From: Eubacteriales bacterium | Lineage (GTDB): Bacteria > Bacillota > Clostridia > Oscillospirales > CAG-272 | Reading direction: 5' to 3' | Length of the DNA stretch: 64,000 nucleotides | Assembly: GCA_045543955.1 (NCBI GenBank) | Contig: JAZPYB010000023.1 | Span: 65,499 to 129,498, forward strand | Part shown: positions 46,538-56,174 of the stretch, piece after piece | Numbering within the stretch: position 1 is the first letter of the stretch | Layout: each line of letters begins with the position of its first letter | Notes under the pieces: model-generated | The model's database searches: none | What the model was told of the DNA's origin: nothing | What the model saw: the letters and a program-made list of their open reading frames with translations, nothing else | Program-made: the position numbers and the translations under genes

Positions 46538-49241
46538 TCCGTACCTATTATTACTAGCAATACCGCTTTTGCTTCTTGTTTTAATCCCGTTTGTTATAGC
46601 GATTAGAAAGGAAAACAGGAGCAAATCAACTGTTGCATCATTAGTAATTCACATCACTATTGTTGTTCTGGTTACCCTTGCCGCAGCAGGGACTATGATA
46701 ACGACAATATTAACAGAAACAACCGTATACGTGGTAGCGGATGTTTCGTATTCGGGCGAGAGAAATCTTGACCTAATAGACGAATATATTGACGAGCTTG
46801 AAAAAGAGCTACCAAAGAACACAAAGCTAGGTGTTGTTTGCTTTGGCGAAAATGCAGAGATTCTTTATCGCCCAGGCGAGGAAGCCAAAAGTGTAAGAGA
46901 ATCAACTGTTGTTAATTCAAGCACCGATATAGTAAATGCAATTAGATATACAAAAAATTTGTTTCCCGATGATTCTATAAAGAAAATGATTCTTATTTCG
47001 GATGGTAAGGACACCGATGCAAATGCAAGAGGCAAGCTTGTCTCCGAGGTTGAGTCACTAAAGCAAAGCAAGATTACACTTGATGCAATCTTCCTTGACA
47101 ACAATCTAAAGGAAACAGAAAAGGAAACTCAAATTTCCGACCTTGAAAGAGCAGAGACTGTATATCTTGATAGCAAGGTTACAGCAAAGGCGTTGATACA
47201 AGCAAACTATGACGGGGCAGCAAAAATAACCCTTTCAGTTAAAGAGCCTGATAGCAACACATATGTTGAAATGCCATATATTATGCAGGACCTCTATCAC
47301 GGCTATAATATGGTTGAGCTGCCACTCAGCACTCAAAAGGTTGGAATTTATGACTACAAGCTAGAAATTGAAAGCACAAATGATATTTGGGAGCAAAACA
47401 ACGTTTATACCTTTGCTCAAGAGGTAAAGGATGAGCTCAAGGTGATGCTTTTGACAGGCTTGCAGGAGGATGTTGATGCAGTAAACAAGCTCTATGAGGG
47501 CAAGGCAACTGTTGACGCATTCCTAATAAATAAAAAGGTACAGGACGAAATTCCTTACACAGTAGAGGAGCTTTGTCAGTACGACGAGTTTATCATTTCC
47601 AATATTGATATAAGAAGCGTTACAAATATCACATCATTTTTAAATGCTGTTGAAATTGTTGTTTCTCAATTTGGCAAAACCTTAACAACAATGGGCAATT
47701 TGGAAATTCAAAACAAGGATGACGGCACACTTGGTGCACTGGGAGAGATGCTTCCTATTAACTATGGAAATGCAAATGCCGACGCAAAGCTATATGTTTT
47801 AGTGCTCGACACCTCTCACAGTATGAATCAAGCCTCAAAGCTTCCTACAATGAAGGAGGCGGCAAAGTCTCTTCTTTCCTTGCTAAGCGATACCGATACA
47901 GTTGCACTTGTTACATTCTCTGGCGATGTTGAAACACGTCAGCCACCTGTTCAGCTTGGCACAAAGAGACAAGAAATAATCGATACAATCGATGGTCTTA
48001 AGCCATCACAAGGTACATTCCTTGGTACAGCCTTAAAGAGTGCTTACGATATTTCTAAGCTGTTTGAGGCTGGCGAAAAGCAGGTTATGCTTATTTCCGA
48101 CGGTAAGACTAATGATTACGATATCGATGGAGAGCTTGTGGCTACCCAAATGGGAGCAGAGGAGATAGTTGCATCTACAATAAATATGCTCAACACAAAT
48201 GACGAAAAGGCGACAAAGCTTCTTTCAAACATTGCTAAAAAGTCAGGCGGCAACTACTATCCGGTTTCCGACCTTTCAAAAATTGACGAGCTTATTTTTG
48301 CCGACATTGCTGATGATATGACCGAAGCAATAGTTGAGGCTGAAACAAGCGTAAACATAAAGCAAATCAAGGATATGCTTTTGGTTGGCGATGACGACTC
48401 ATATGAAAACGACATCACCTTTATTGAAAACATTTTCGGCTTTGTACAAACGGGCAACAAGCTCGATGCGACAGTTGTTTTAACAGCTGATTACGTAAAG
48501 GACGAGGATGTTGTTGTAGAGGTTCCTTTGTATTCATATCGTGACTATGGTAATGGAAGAGTAGCAACCTTCACAAGTAGCCTAGGCAACAGCTGGCTTG
48601 ATGGCTGGAGTGACGAGTTTAAAGACCTACTCTTTGGCAATATGTTAATTCAAAACAGACCCGAAGAGAAGATAGTGAATCCATTTGAAATTGAAATAGA
48701 TTATGATGGATTAAATTCAAGGCTTTTAATAACTCCCGCCGCTTTACGCACAGATGCGCAGGTTTTAGTAAAAATCACCTCCTTTGATGGCAAGATTTTG
48801 ACAATTACCCCAGCAAGTCAAGAGGGCGAAACCGCAAGCCCATATTCACAAATGTATTTCGATACTCAAAAATATTATTTCGACGTACAAACCAAGGAGG
48901 TTGGTAGATACGATATAGAGATAATATACAATTACAACCAAAGCAAAGACGGCGCATATTCAAATTCAATAACCACAAATGCTTTCTTTGACGTATCATA
49001 TTCGCCTGAATATAATGCATATGAAACATTCTCGGCATCCAGTCTTCACGCGTTTGTTGACGGGGAGGTTGTTGAGGGCTCAGGACTCAAGATTACAAAT
49101 GATGAAGATGAGCTAGCTACATACGAATATCGCTTCACAATACCATTCTTAATAATTGCGATGGTTCTATTCCTAATAGATATCGCGATAAGAGTGCTTA
49201 AATTCAACAAAAAAGCCAAGACAAAGGGGGAGAAAATATGA
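46515..49241 (+). CDS. BatB-like protein: BatA_N double-TM plus two VWA domains plus C-terminal TM anchor
   Basis: F.NPYLLLLAIPLLLLVLIP start. DVSYS (about 46740) and DTSHS (47809-23) MIDAS motifs, each followed by an ..LISDGK.. motif. Terminal TM. 23-nt overlap with the upstream gene. Confidence 0.8.
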   Translation: MKNVSFDNPYLLLLAIPLLLLVLIPFVIAIRKENRSKSTVASLVIHITIVVLVTLAAAGTMITTILTETTVYVVADVSYSGERNLDLIDEYIDELEKELPKNTKLGVVCFGENAEILYRPGEEAKSVRESTVVNSSTDIVNAIRYTKNLFPDDSIKKMILISDGKDTDANARGKLVSEVESLKQSKITLDAIFLDNNLKETEKETQISDLERAETVYLDSKVTAKALIQANYDGAAKITLSVKEPDSNTYVEMPYIMQDLYHGYNMVELPLSTQKVGIYDYKLEIESTNDIWEQNNVYTFAQEVKDELKVMLLTGLQEDVDAVNKLYEGKATVDAFLINKKVQDEIPYTVEELCQYDEFIISNIDIRSVTNITSFLNAVEIVVSQFGKTLTTMGNLEIQNKDDGTLGALGEMLPINYGNANADAKLYVLVLDTSHSMNQASKLPTMKEAAKSLLSLLSDTDTVALVTFSGDVETRQPPVQLGTKRQEIIDTIDGLKPSQGTFLGTALKSAYDISKLFEAGEKQVMLISDGKTNDYDIDGELVATQMGAEEIVASTINMLNTNDEKATKLLSNIAKKSGGNYYPVSDLSKIDELIFADIADDMTEAIVEAETSVNIKQIKDMLLVGDDDSYENDITFIENIFGFVQTGNKLDATVVLTADYVKDEDVVVEVPLYSYRDYGNGRVATFTSSLGNSWLDGWSDEFKDLLFGNMLIQNRPEEKIVNPFEIEIDYDGLNSRLLITPAALRTDAQVLVKITSFDGKILTITPASQEGETASPYSQMYFDTQKYYFDVQTKEVGRYDIEIIYNYNQSKDGAYSNSITTNAFFDVSYSPEYNAYETFSASSLHAFVDGEVVEGSGLKITNDEDELATYEYRFTIPFLIIAMVLFLIDIAIRVLKFNKKAKTKGEKI

Positions 49242-50953
49242 GAATAGCTAATAAGCTTATAGCACTGATTTTAGCGCTAACATTCATTCTTTCCCTCTGT
49301 GCTTGTGGCACCTTCAAGCCGGCAATCGACTCTGATAGTGACTCAAATACAGACACAGAGCCTGGTATAATCGGCACAGATACCTCAACAGAAACAGAGA
49401 CAGATTCGGACATAGGCGCAGATTTTGATATTGAAAATAGTGGCTACACCGAGGATGATTTTACTGTTGCTTTAAGATATAATGGAGAAAAGTATATTCC
49501 AGACGAGGAAATCCTTGTTTATTGGAAAAACGCTAACACCTTAGAGACCTGTCAAATAAACAAAAAGGGCTTTGCAGGTACATCTAAGCTGGATGGCGAC
49601 TATCGTGTTACTCTTTCTCACGTTCCCGAGGGAATGGCATATAATCCAAATGTACACGAGGCAACAAACGATAATAAGCACATTATAATTGACATTTATG
49701 ACTTGGTTGTTACTAAGAAAGTAGGCACAGACCAAAGAAACCCTGAAGCCTACCCAAACCAAGGAAGAAAGCTTAATAGAATTGCGGTATACAGTGTTAC
49801 CTTAAATAGTAAATCTCAAACCATTTATTTCGACTTCACACCAAGAGACGAGGGCGATTATAAAATCGAGAGCTGGATGGACACAACAGCCGAGCAATAT
49901 AATCCATATTGCGAGGCTTATACAGGCTCAATTGTATATAAGCGCCACGATGGAACAGTTGACGGTGGTGGAGCTGAGGGGCTTTATACTAAAAATTTCT
50001 TGAATGGTATAACCGTTAGTAAGGATATGATAGGCAACGTGCTAACCTTTGGCATTCACGTTGATTCCAAAAACGCAGACAACTATCCTGTTGATGTTGT
50101 TTTTGCGATAACTCTTAATGACGGCTTTGAGCCACCAAAGAAGTCAGAATACACAATGTACGCACCAGAGGATCCTGATGCCTATTTAGATGGAATGCGC
50201 TACTATGGTAGTGAATATGAAATTAAATATCCTGAAAAAGAAATGCCTGGCAGAAATACATATTACTTTAAGGAAGAGAACTTCCAGCTATGGACAAAGG
50301 AATCCGGCGGAGACGGTTATTACCACGTTTATGATATGGAAAAATATAGCCGAGATAATTATCCAAATGGATACGAGGCTGGCTATCCCGAGGGCTATGG
50401 ACCTATTCTGTATGCAAACATAAGCGTGCCTTGTCGCTTCCTTGATAGACCCTTTACTTTTTTTGAAATAGAGAGTAAGCCATTATCAATTAAGGTTAGC
50501 GAGGATTTGAAAATCAACTATAAGCACTTTATAGAGGGCTATGATGCGTTGGCGGAAAGAATTTATGACCCGCCAATGGGTGGCTATACATCAAGCTATT
50601 ATTGCTTCCGTGATTGCCCGTGTCATCCAACAGACCAAATTTATAACTATGCTTGTCCCGAGGGATGTACAAACTGCCTACCTGACTGTCGTCAGGTTGA
50701 CAACGATTTGATTGTAGGCTATAGAGATGATGGAAGCCCGATATACTTTGCTGGCTTGTCTCACTACGTAAATAACGATGGTGGAGTTGCAGTAACGGAG
50801 GAGTTAAAAACCTTCTTATATAGACTAAGCGTAGCACAAAGATACTTTGCCGATGGAGATGGCTGGGTTGAAACACATCCTAAACTTAATATCGACTCCT
50901 CGGACGAAGCACAATGGCTTTTTGCGTGTTATTATTACGAGCTAGTAAAATAA
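49238..50953 (+). CDS. lipoprotein with a C-terminal 8-Cys cluster, hypothetical
   Basis: MRIANKLIALILALTFILSLCACG lipobox and a D/S/T linker. YYCFRDCPCHPTDQIYNYACPEGCTNCLPDCRQ. ATGA overlap with the upstream gene. Confidence 0.6.
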   Translation: MRIANKLIALILALTFILSLCACGTFKPAIDSDSDSNTDTEPGIIGTDTSTETETDSDIGADFDIENSGYTEDDFTVALRYNGEKYIPDEEILVYWKNANTLETCQINKKGFAGTSKLDGDYRVTLSHVPEGMAYNPNVHEATNDNKHIIIDIYDLVVTKKVGTDQRNPEAYPNQGRKLNRIAVYSVTLNSKSQTIYFDFTPRDEGDYKIESWMDTTAEQYNPYCEAYTGSIVYKRHDGTVDGGGAEGLYTKNFLNGITVSKDMIGNVLTFGIHVDSKNADNYPVDVVFAITLNDGFEPPKKSEYTMYAPEDPDAYLDGMRYYGSEYEIKYPEKEMPGRNTYYFKEENFQLWTKESGGDGYYHVYDMEKYSRDNYPNGYEAGYPEGYGPILYANISVPCRFLDRPFTFFEIESKPLSIKVSEDLKINYKHFIEGYDALAERIYDPPMGGYTSSYYCFRDCPCHPTDQIYNYACPEGCTNCLPDCRQVDNDLIVGYRDDGSPIYFAGLSHYVNNDGGVAVTEELKTFLYRLSVAQRYFADGDGWVETHPKLNIDSSDEAQWLFACYYYELVK

Positions 50954-50978
50954 TTTGCAAAAATATTAGAAAATAATA

Positions 50979-51007
50979 TACAAAAATGTATTATTTTATG
51001 TTATAAT
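50979..51007 (+). promoter_or_regulatory. possible internal promoter (extended -10) for the giant lipoprotein gene
   Basis: TGtTATAAT at 50999-51007. The -35 (tacaaa) is weak. The context is AT-rich, so this could be fortuitous. Confidence 0.3.
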
Positions 51008-51104
51008 ATAATTTACCTAAAATATACTTCAAATTTCTTTTATTCATTTTGGTTTCAATTAGATTTTTGAAATATATAAATTATTTTTAAGGAGGTCCTT
51101 TCAA

Positions 51105-54100
51105 ATGAAAAGGAAACTAGCACTTATTGTATGTGTTATAGCTCTCTTTGCAATGATCTTTACACTCGCATCATGCGGTGGAGACGGCGACAAAGATCAT
51201 ACACATACATATGCGCAAGCTTGGAGCTCCAATAATGCAGGACACTGGTACGCAGCTACCTGTGGATGCGAGGGAGAGGTTTCAAACTATGGCGCGCACG
51301 TCGATGCTAACAAGGACGGCAAGTGTGACACATGTGCTTTTGTAACATGTACTCATACATATGCCGAGGAATGGCAAAGCGACGAAACAAATCACTGGAA
51401 TAACCCAACCTGTGGTTGTAATGTTAAGGGTTCATTCGGCGCTCACGCTGATGCTAATAAGGACGGTAAATGTGATACATGCGCTTATGTAATGTGCGCT
51501 CACACATATGCTGACACTTATTCAAGCGATGCTACAAATCACTGGTTCGCAGCTAACTGCGGATGCCAAGTAGCAGGCAAGGGCACAGAAAAGCACATTG
51601 ACGAAGTACTTGACGGTATTTGCGACAAGTGTCAATACGTAATGTGCACACACACCGACCTAGTAGGTGGTGTAAATGGTGGTAAAAACGGTCTTTGCGA
51701 TGACTGTGGCTTTGTAATGTGCGAGCATGAATATGACACAGTATGGTCAAAGGACGAAACAAACCACTGGAAAGAGCTAAAATGTGGATGCGACGTTGAA
51801 AACGAAAGCGTAGCAGCTCACGTTGCTGTTGTAGGCGATGTTGATACAAAATGTGGCGATTGTGGTTACGTTATTTGCGAAAAACACACATTTGCATCCG
51901 AAAAGGTTGGCAATGACACACACCACTGGTACAAGGCTACATGTGGATGTGACACAATAAAGGGCAAGGAAGCTCATATTTGGGCTAACGAATGGTCTGA
52001 CGATGCATCTAATCACTGGCACGCAGTTACATGCGGATGTGATGCTCCAAACAAGGATACGGCAGCTCACATCGATGCAACAGGCGGAGAAAAGGGTGGC
52101 AAGGATGGTATATGCGACATCTGTTCACGTGAGATGCACAAGCACACCTATGAAGAGAAATATGAAAAGAATGGTTCACACCACTGGTATGTACCAACAT
52201 GTGGATGTGATTTAAGACTCTCACTTGAAGAGCACGAAGATGCAGACGGTGACTTTTTCTGTGATAAATGCTCAAAAGAGGTTCATGAGCATACTTATTC
52301 AGACACAAAGGTATGGGATGCTACACATCACTGGTATCCTTCAACCTGTGGCTGTGAAGATATGAAGAAGGCTTATGAAGAGCACACATGGGCAGAAGTA
52401 TGGTCAAGCGATGCAACAGGACACTGGTACGCAGCTGACTGTGGATGCGACGTTAAAAAGCTTGAGGCAAGCCACGTTGACCTAGAAGGCAACGAGCTTG
52501 ATGGAAAGCAAGATGGTAAGTGTGACGTTTGTGCATTTGTTGTTTGTGAGCACGTTGATGTAGAGGGTGGCGAAAACGGCGGCAAAAACGGCGTTTGCGA
52601 TAACTGTGGCGCAGTAAGCTGTCTACACAATTATTCTAACGAGATAACAAGCAATGCTACACATCACTGGTACGCAGCTATCTGTGGATGCGACGTTGTT
52701 AAAGACAAGGGCGAGCACTACACAACAGATGGAGCTTTGGAAAACGACGAAAATGACCACTGGTATGTTTGCGACGAGTGCGAAGAGGTATATGACAAAG
52801 TAGCACACGTTGACGTTGACCTAAACAAGGATGGCGTTTGTGATGATTGTGAGTATGTAATTTGTACACACACATTTGCAACTGAATTGTCAAAGAATGA
52901 GCTTTATCACTGGTACGACGCAACTTGTGGATGCTACGTTAACAAGGATCTTGCAGCGCACGATGCTGACGAATGTTCAGTTTGTGGATTTAAGTCCGAA
53001 ATTAAAGAAACAATCGATAACCTCGACAGCGAGGCTTCACTCAATACAAACTCCACAGAATCAATAAAGGACAAGGGAGCAATCTTATCATATGAGGATA
53101 ACTACACATATGAGGTTTTAGAGGATGGCAGACTTTCTCTTTACAATGATTGGGGAGAAATGCAATATATCTACATCACTCTTACAGATGGAGTTCCAAC
53201 CTTAATTGATGATGTTTATGGCAATGGCGAAAATGCTCTTGTTCCTGTTGACGGAGAAGATGGAGCATACTATTATACAAAGGGTATATACACCTATACT
53301 ATAAAAGTTGACGAAACAAGCAATGTTGTAATCATGGAAACAGCTTGGTCAGCGGAAAAATATAGCTATTACAAGGTTTACGACAACTACTTGGTTGTTA
53401 GCGATATTTATGGTAACGTTAAATACTATTCATATTACGGTGAAAACGGCGATCTTCTCTTCGTTATGACAGTAGATGAATATGGCAATGTAAACAGAGA
53501 AACCGATGCTTCAGAGCTTGGTGCAATTGCAAACTACAATGCAGTTTACTGGAACGTTCAAGCATCTAACCACGAGGACTTTATTAAGGGACTTTACAAT
53601 CTTGGCGTAAACGGCACATCTTTAGGAACAAGCTATGGCTTTGTTGGTGCTGAAAACGAGGGCGCTTACTCATTCTCATACCTCTACGTTGAGGAAGGTA
53701 TGTATTTCGTTATAGAAGTATCATTTACTGTTGATAGTGATGTAAACGGTATTTCATCTGCTAATGTATCAATTAAACAATACAACGAAAGCAGCATAAC
53801 CTTGAATCCTGCAGCTGATACATATGCAGTAGCAGAAGAAGCAGAGACTGACGGCTCTGAAACCTATGAAATCACTCAAACATTTGGTGATCCAATGGAT
53901 TCAACAAGCAATCCTAACCCATACCCAGCATCAGATTATATCGTAACTGATTTCACACTCACAGACGGAACAAATGTTTACGAGGACGGCGATGAAATCG
54001 AGCTTGATGCAATGGAAGAGCTAGTTCTCAACTTCAATGCTGAAATTGCTGACAAGATTGGCTTCAACATAGTTGATGCTACAGCAACAACAAGCGATGG

Positions 54101-56153
54101 CGCAGAGCTTTCTAGCTGGTCATCACAAGGTACTATTAATGTAAATACTTGGGCAGACCCACTCGCTATTGAATTTGTTGGTAAGCAAGCAGATACATTT
54201 ACAATAGTTATAGATGTTGAGGGAACAACCTTGACACTTACAGCAAAGGTTAACTACCTAACACCTGATTCAATCGACTCCGTTGTTTACGACGAGGATG
54301 ATGAAAAGGTTATAACAAGCGAATACACAATCTATAGAGGTCAAGCTCTTAAGATTACAGCTTCAGTTGCTGCAGGCTGCAACCCAGCATTCACAGCAAC
54401 ACTTCCACAAGGCGCAGCTGCTGCTCTTACAGACAATGAAGATGGCACATACACATTCACACCTGTAATGGCTGGCGAATTTGAAATTACATTAACATCA
54501 ACAGCTGCTGCCGGCGTTTCAACAGTTCTTACTGTTACCGTTGAAGAGCCACCGGCAATCAGTGATGTTCTTAACGGCACTCACACAGGCGATAATATGT
54601 ATTCAGGTCTTACTGTAGGCGCTACATTTACTCCAAGCGAGGAAGGTGCGGAGACTGGTACAGTAGTTGTTACTGTAAGTGGTGAAATGTTCAGCTATGC
54701 AACTTGGGAGTGGGAAATTATTGAATATTCCGCAACATATACATATGCATACAACGATGGCGCAATTGAGCTCACATATGTTGAGGGCGATGAGTTGGAG
54801 GTTGAACTTTTTGTTAATAACTACAAGGTTGTAGCAATTTATGAGTTCAATGAATACAAGCTTGTACAAGAAGAACAAGAGCCAGAAAATCCAGATGGAC
54901 CAGTTGTTGGCGGAGCTACAGAAAGCCCAATTACTGTAACAATGACAGGTGCTTATACATATTGCTATGAGTACACATTTACATTCGTAGCAGGCGATGC
55001 AGGCTATTACACATTTACAGTTCCTTCAGGCTTTGGTGTTATGAGCGAGGCGGATTATCAAAATTACGGCTCAGCATACGTTGACTTCCAAATGGACGAT
55101 GGTGGAACATTCACAATTCAACTTTCAGAGGGTGCGTCGTTTGCACTTCGCTTTGGTTCATTGGATGCTAAGGATTATGAGCTTTCATTCACATACTCAG
55201 CAACCGACCCAGAGGGTGGAAATGCTGGCGATACAACAACAGGTCTTGAGGGCACATATACAGCAGCAGATGACTGGGACAACTCATTCGATGTTGTTAT
55301 TACAGGTACAACAATCACATTTACACCTGCTGGTGCAACAGACCCAATTTCATACACATATCAATATGCAAATGGTGTAGCTACCTATTTCGATTCACTT
55401 GGTGTGCAAGTAACAATGGGAATGCAATTCTCACTCACTATTACTGATGGTGAAGTAACAGGTATGACATACAACGGAACTGGTTATACTCTTACAAATC
55501 AAGACTCTTCAAATGAAGATGACGACGACAACCAAGGCTCAGTAGAGGCTATCACAGGTGACGGCTCAGAAGAAAATCCATTTGTTATCGCAGGCGCAGG
55601 CTCAACAATGATTTCTGCTAATAAATTCATGCCTTTATTTGTAAAAGTAAATGCAGGAGTGACAGTTACTCTTCCAGCGGGTGCTCAATTCTATACTGAC
55701 CCAACAGATACAACAACAGCAGTTGGTGCAACAGTAACACCTGATATAGATACACTTTATTATGTATATGCAGATTCAATGGCTGGTTGCATGGGCAATC
55801 TTACAGCAACTGTAGGCGGTAATGATGGTGGCAATACAATTACTGGTAGCGGAACAGAGGGCGATCCATTTGTTCTTACAACAGCTGGTGATTATGTTTG
55901 TGAATTCCCTGGCGGATTTACACCTATTTGGTATGTATATACAGCAGAGGCTGATGGAAGCCTTACACTTTCATCAACATATGAAAACGCTTGGCTTGGT
56001 GTAGCAGAAGATGCTATGACTGCTAACAATACTCATAACGAGGGCGTTGGCTCAAAAACCATTTCCGTAACCGCAGGTGAAACATATTACATTATGGTTG
56101 GAGATTGGAATGAAGCAGCTATGGACGTTCCATTTACAATCACTATAGCATAA
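51105..56153 (+). CDS. giant (1682 aa) surface lipoprotein: N-terminal Cys/His-rich repeat array plus a T/G/E/Y-rich beta-type region
   Basis: AAGGAGG RBS and lipobox FTLASCG. Repeats described separately. Uninterrupted ORF. Confidence 0.75.
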   Translation: MKRKLALIVCVIALFAMIFTLASCGGDGDKDHTHTYAQAWSSNNAGHWYAATCGCEGEVSNYGAHVDANKDGKCDTCAFVTCTHTYAEEWQSDETNHWNNPTCGCNVKGSFGAHADANKDGKCDTCAYVMCAHTYADTYSSDATNHWFAANCGCQVAGKGTEKHIDEVLDGICDKCQYVMCTHTDLVGGVNGGKNGLCDDCGFVMCEHEYDTVWSKDETNHWKELKCGCDVENESVAAHVAVVGDVDTKCGDCGYVICEKHTFASEKVGNDTHHWYKATCGCDTIKGKEAHIWANEWSDDASNHWHAVTCGCDAPNKDTAAHIDATGGEKGGKDGICDICSREMHKHTYEEKYEKNGSHHWYVPTCGCDLRLSLEEHEDADGDFFCDKCSKEVHEHTYSDTKVWDATHHWYPSTCGCEDMKKAYEEHTWAEVWSSDATGHWYAADCGCDVKKLEASHVDLEGNELDGKQDGKCDVCAFVVCEHVDVEGGENGGKNGVCDNCGAVSCLHNYSNEITSNATHHWYAAICGCDVVKDKGEHYTTDGALENDENDHWYVCDECEEVYDKVAHVDVDLNKDGVCDDCEYVICTHTFATELSKNELYHWYDATCGCYVNKDLAAHDADECSVCGFKSEIKETIDNLDSEASLNTNSTESIKDKGAILSYEDNYTYEVLEDGRLSLYNDWGEMQYIYITLTDGVPTLIDDVYGNGENALVPVDGEDGAYYYTKGIYTYTIKVDETSNVVIMETAWSAEKYSYYKVYDNYLVVSDIYGNVKYYSYYGENGDLLFVMTVDEYGNVNRETDASELGAIANYNAVYWNVQASNHEDFIKGLYNLGVNGTSLGTSYGFVGAENEGAYSFSYLYVEEGMYFVIEVSFTVDSDVNGISSANVSIKQYNESSITLNPAADTYAVAEEAETDGSETYEITQTFGDPMDSTSNPNPYPASDYIVTDFTLTDGTNVYEDGDEIELDAMEELVLNFNAEIADKIGFNIVDATATTSDGAELSSWSSQGTINVNTWADPLAIEFVGKQADTFTIVIDVEGTTLTLTAKVNYLTPDSIDSVVYDEDDEKVITSEYTIYRGQALKITASVAAGCNPAFTATLPQGAAAALTDNEDGTYTFTPVMAGEFEITLTSTAAAGVSTVLTVTVEEPPAISDVLNGTHTGDNMYSGLTVGATFTPSEEGAETGTVVVTVSGEMFSYATWEWEIIEYSATYTYAYNDGAIELTYVEGDELEVELFVNNYKVVAIYEFNEYKLVQEEQEPENPDGPVVGGATESPITVTMTGAYTYCYEYTFTFVAGDAGYYTFTVPSGFGVMSEADYQNYGSAYVDFQMDDGGTFTIQLSEGASFALRFGSLDAKDYELSFTYSATDPEGGNAGDTTTGLEGTYTAADDWDNSFDVVITGTTITFTPAGATDPISYTYQYANGVATYFDSLGVQVTMGMQFSLTITDGEVTGMTYNGTGYTLTNQDSSNEDDDDNQGSVEAITGDGSEENPFVIAGAGSTMISANKFMPLFVKVNAGVTVTLPAGAQFYTDPTDTTTAVGATVTPDIDTLYYVYADSMAGCMGNLTATVGGNDGGNTITGSGTEGDPFVLTTAGDYVCEFPGGFTPIWYVYTAEADGSLTLSSTYENAWLGVAEDAMTANNTHNEGVGSKTISVTAGETYYIMVGDWNEAAMDVPFTITIA
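51198..53000 (+). repeat. intragenic array of about 11 diverged 30-80 aa Cys/His repeats
   Basis: 11 copies of H-x-[YFW]-x(9-10)-H-W-x4-C-G-C. 12 C-x-x-C pairs, mostly in a DG-x-C-D-x-C-x4-C context. Confidence 0.85.
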
Positions 56154-56174
56154 TCATAAGTTAATGATTAAACA

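Noticed and set aside
51198-53000. Multihaem cytochrome interpretation of the Cys/His repeats
   Set aside because: None of the 12 C-x-x-C pairs is followed by His, so there is no C-x-x-C-H motif. The CGC pairs are adjacent cysteines, not haem sites.
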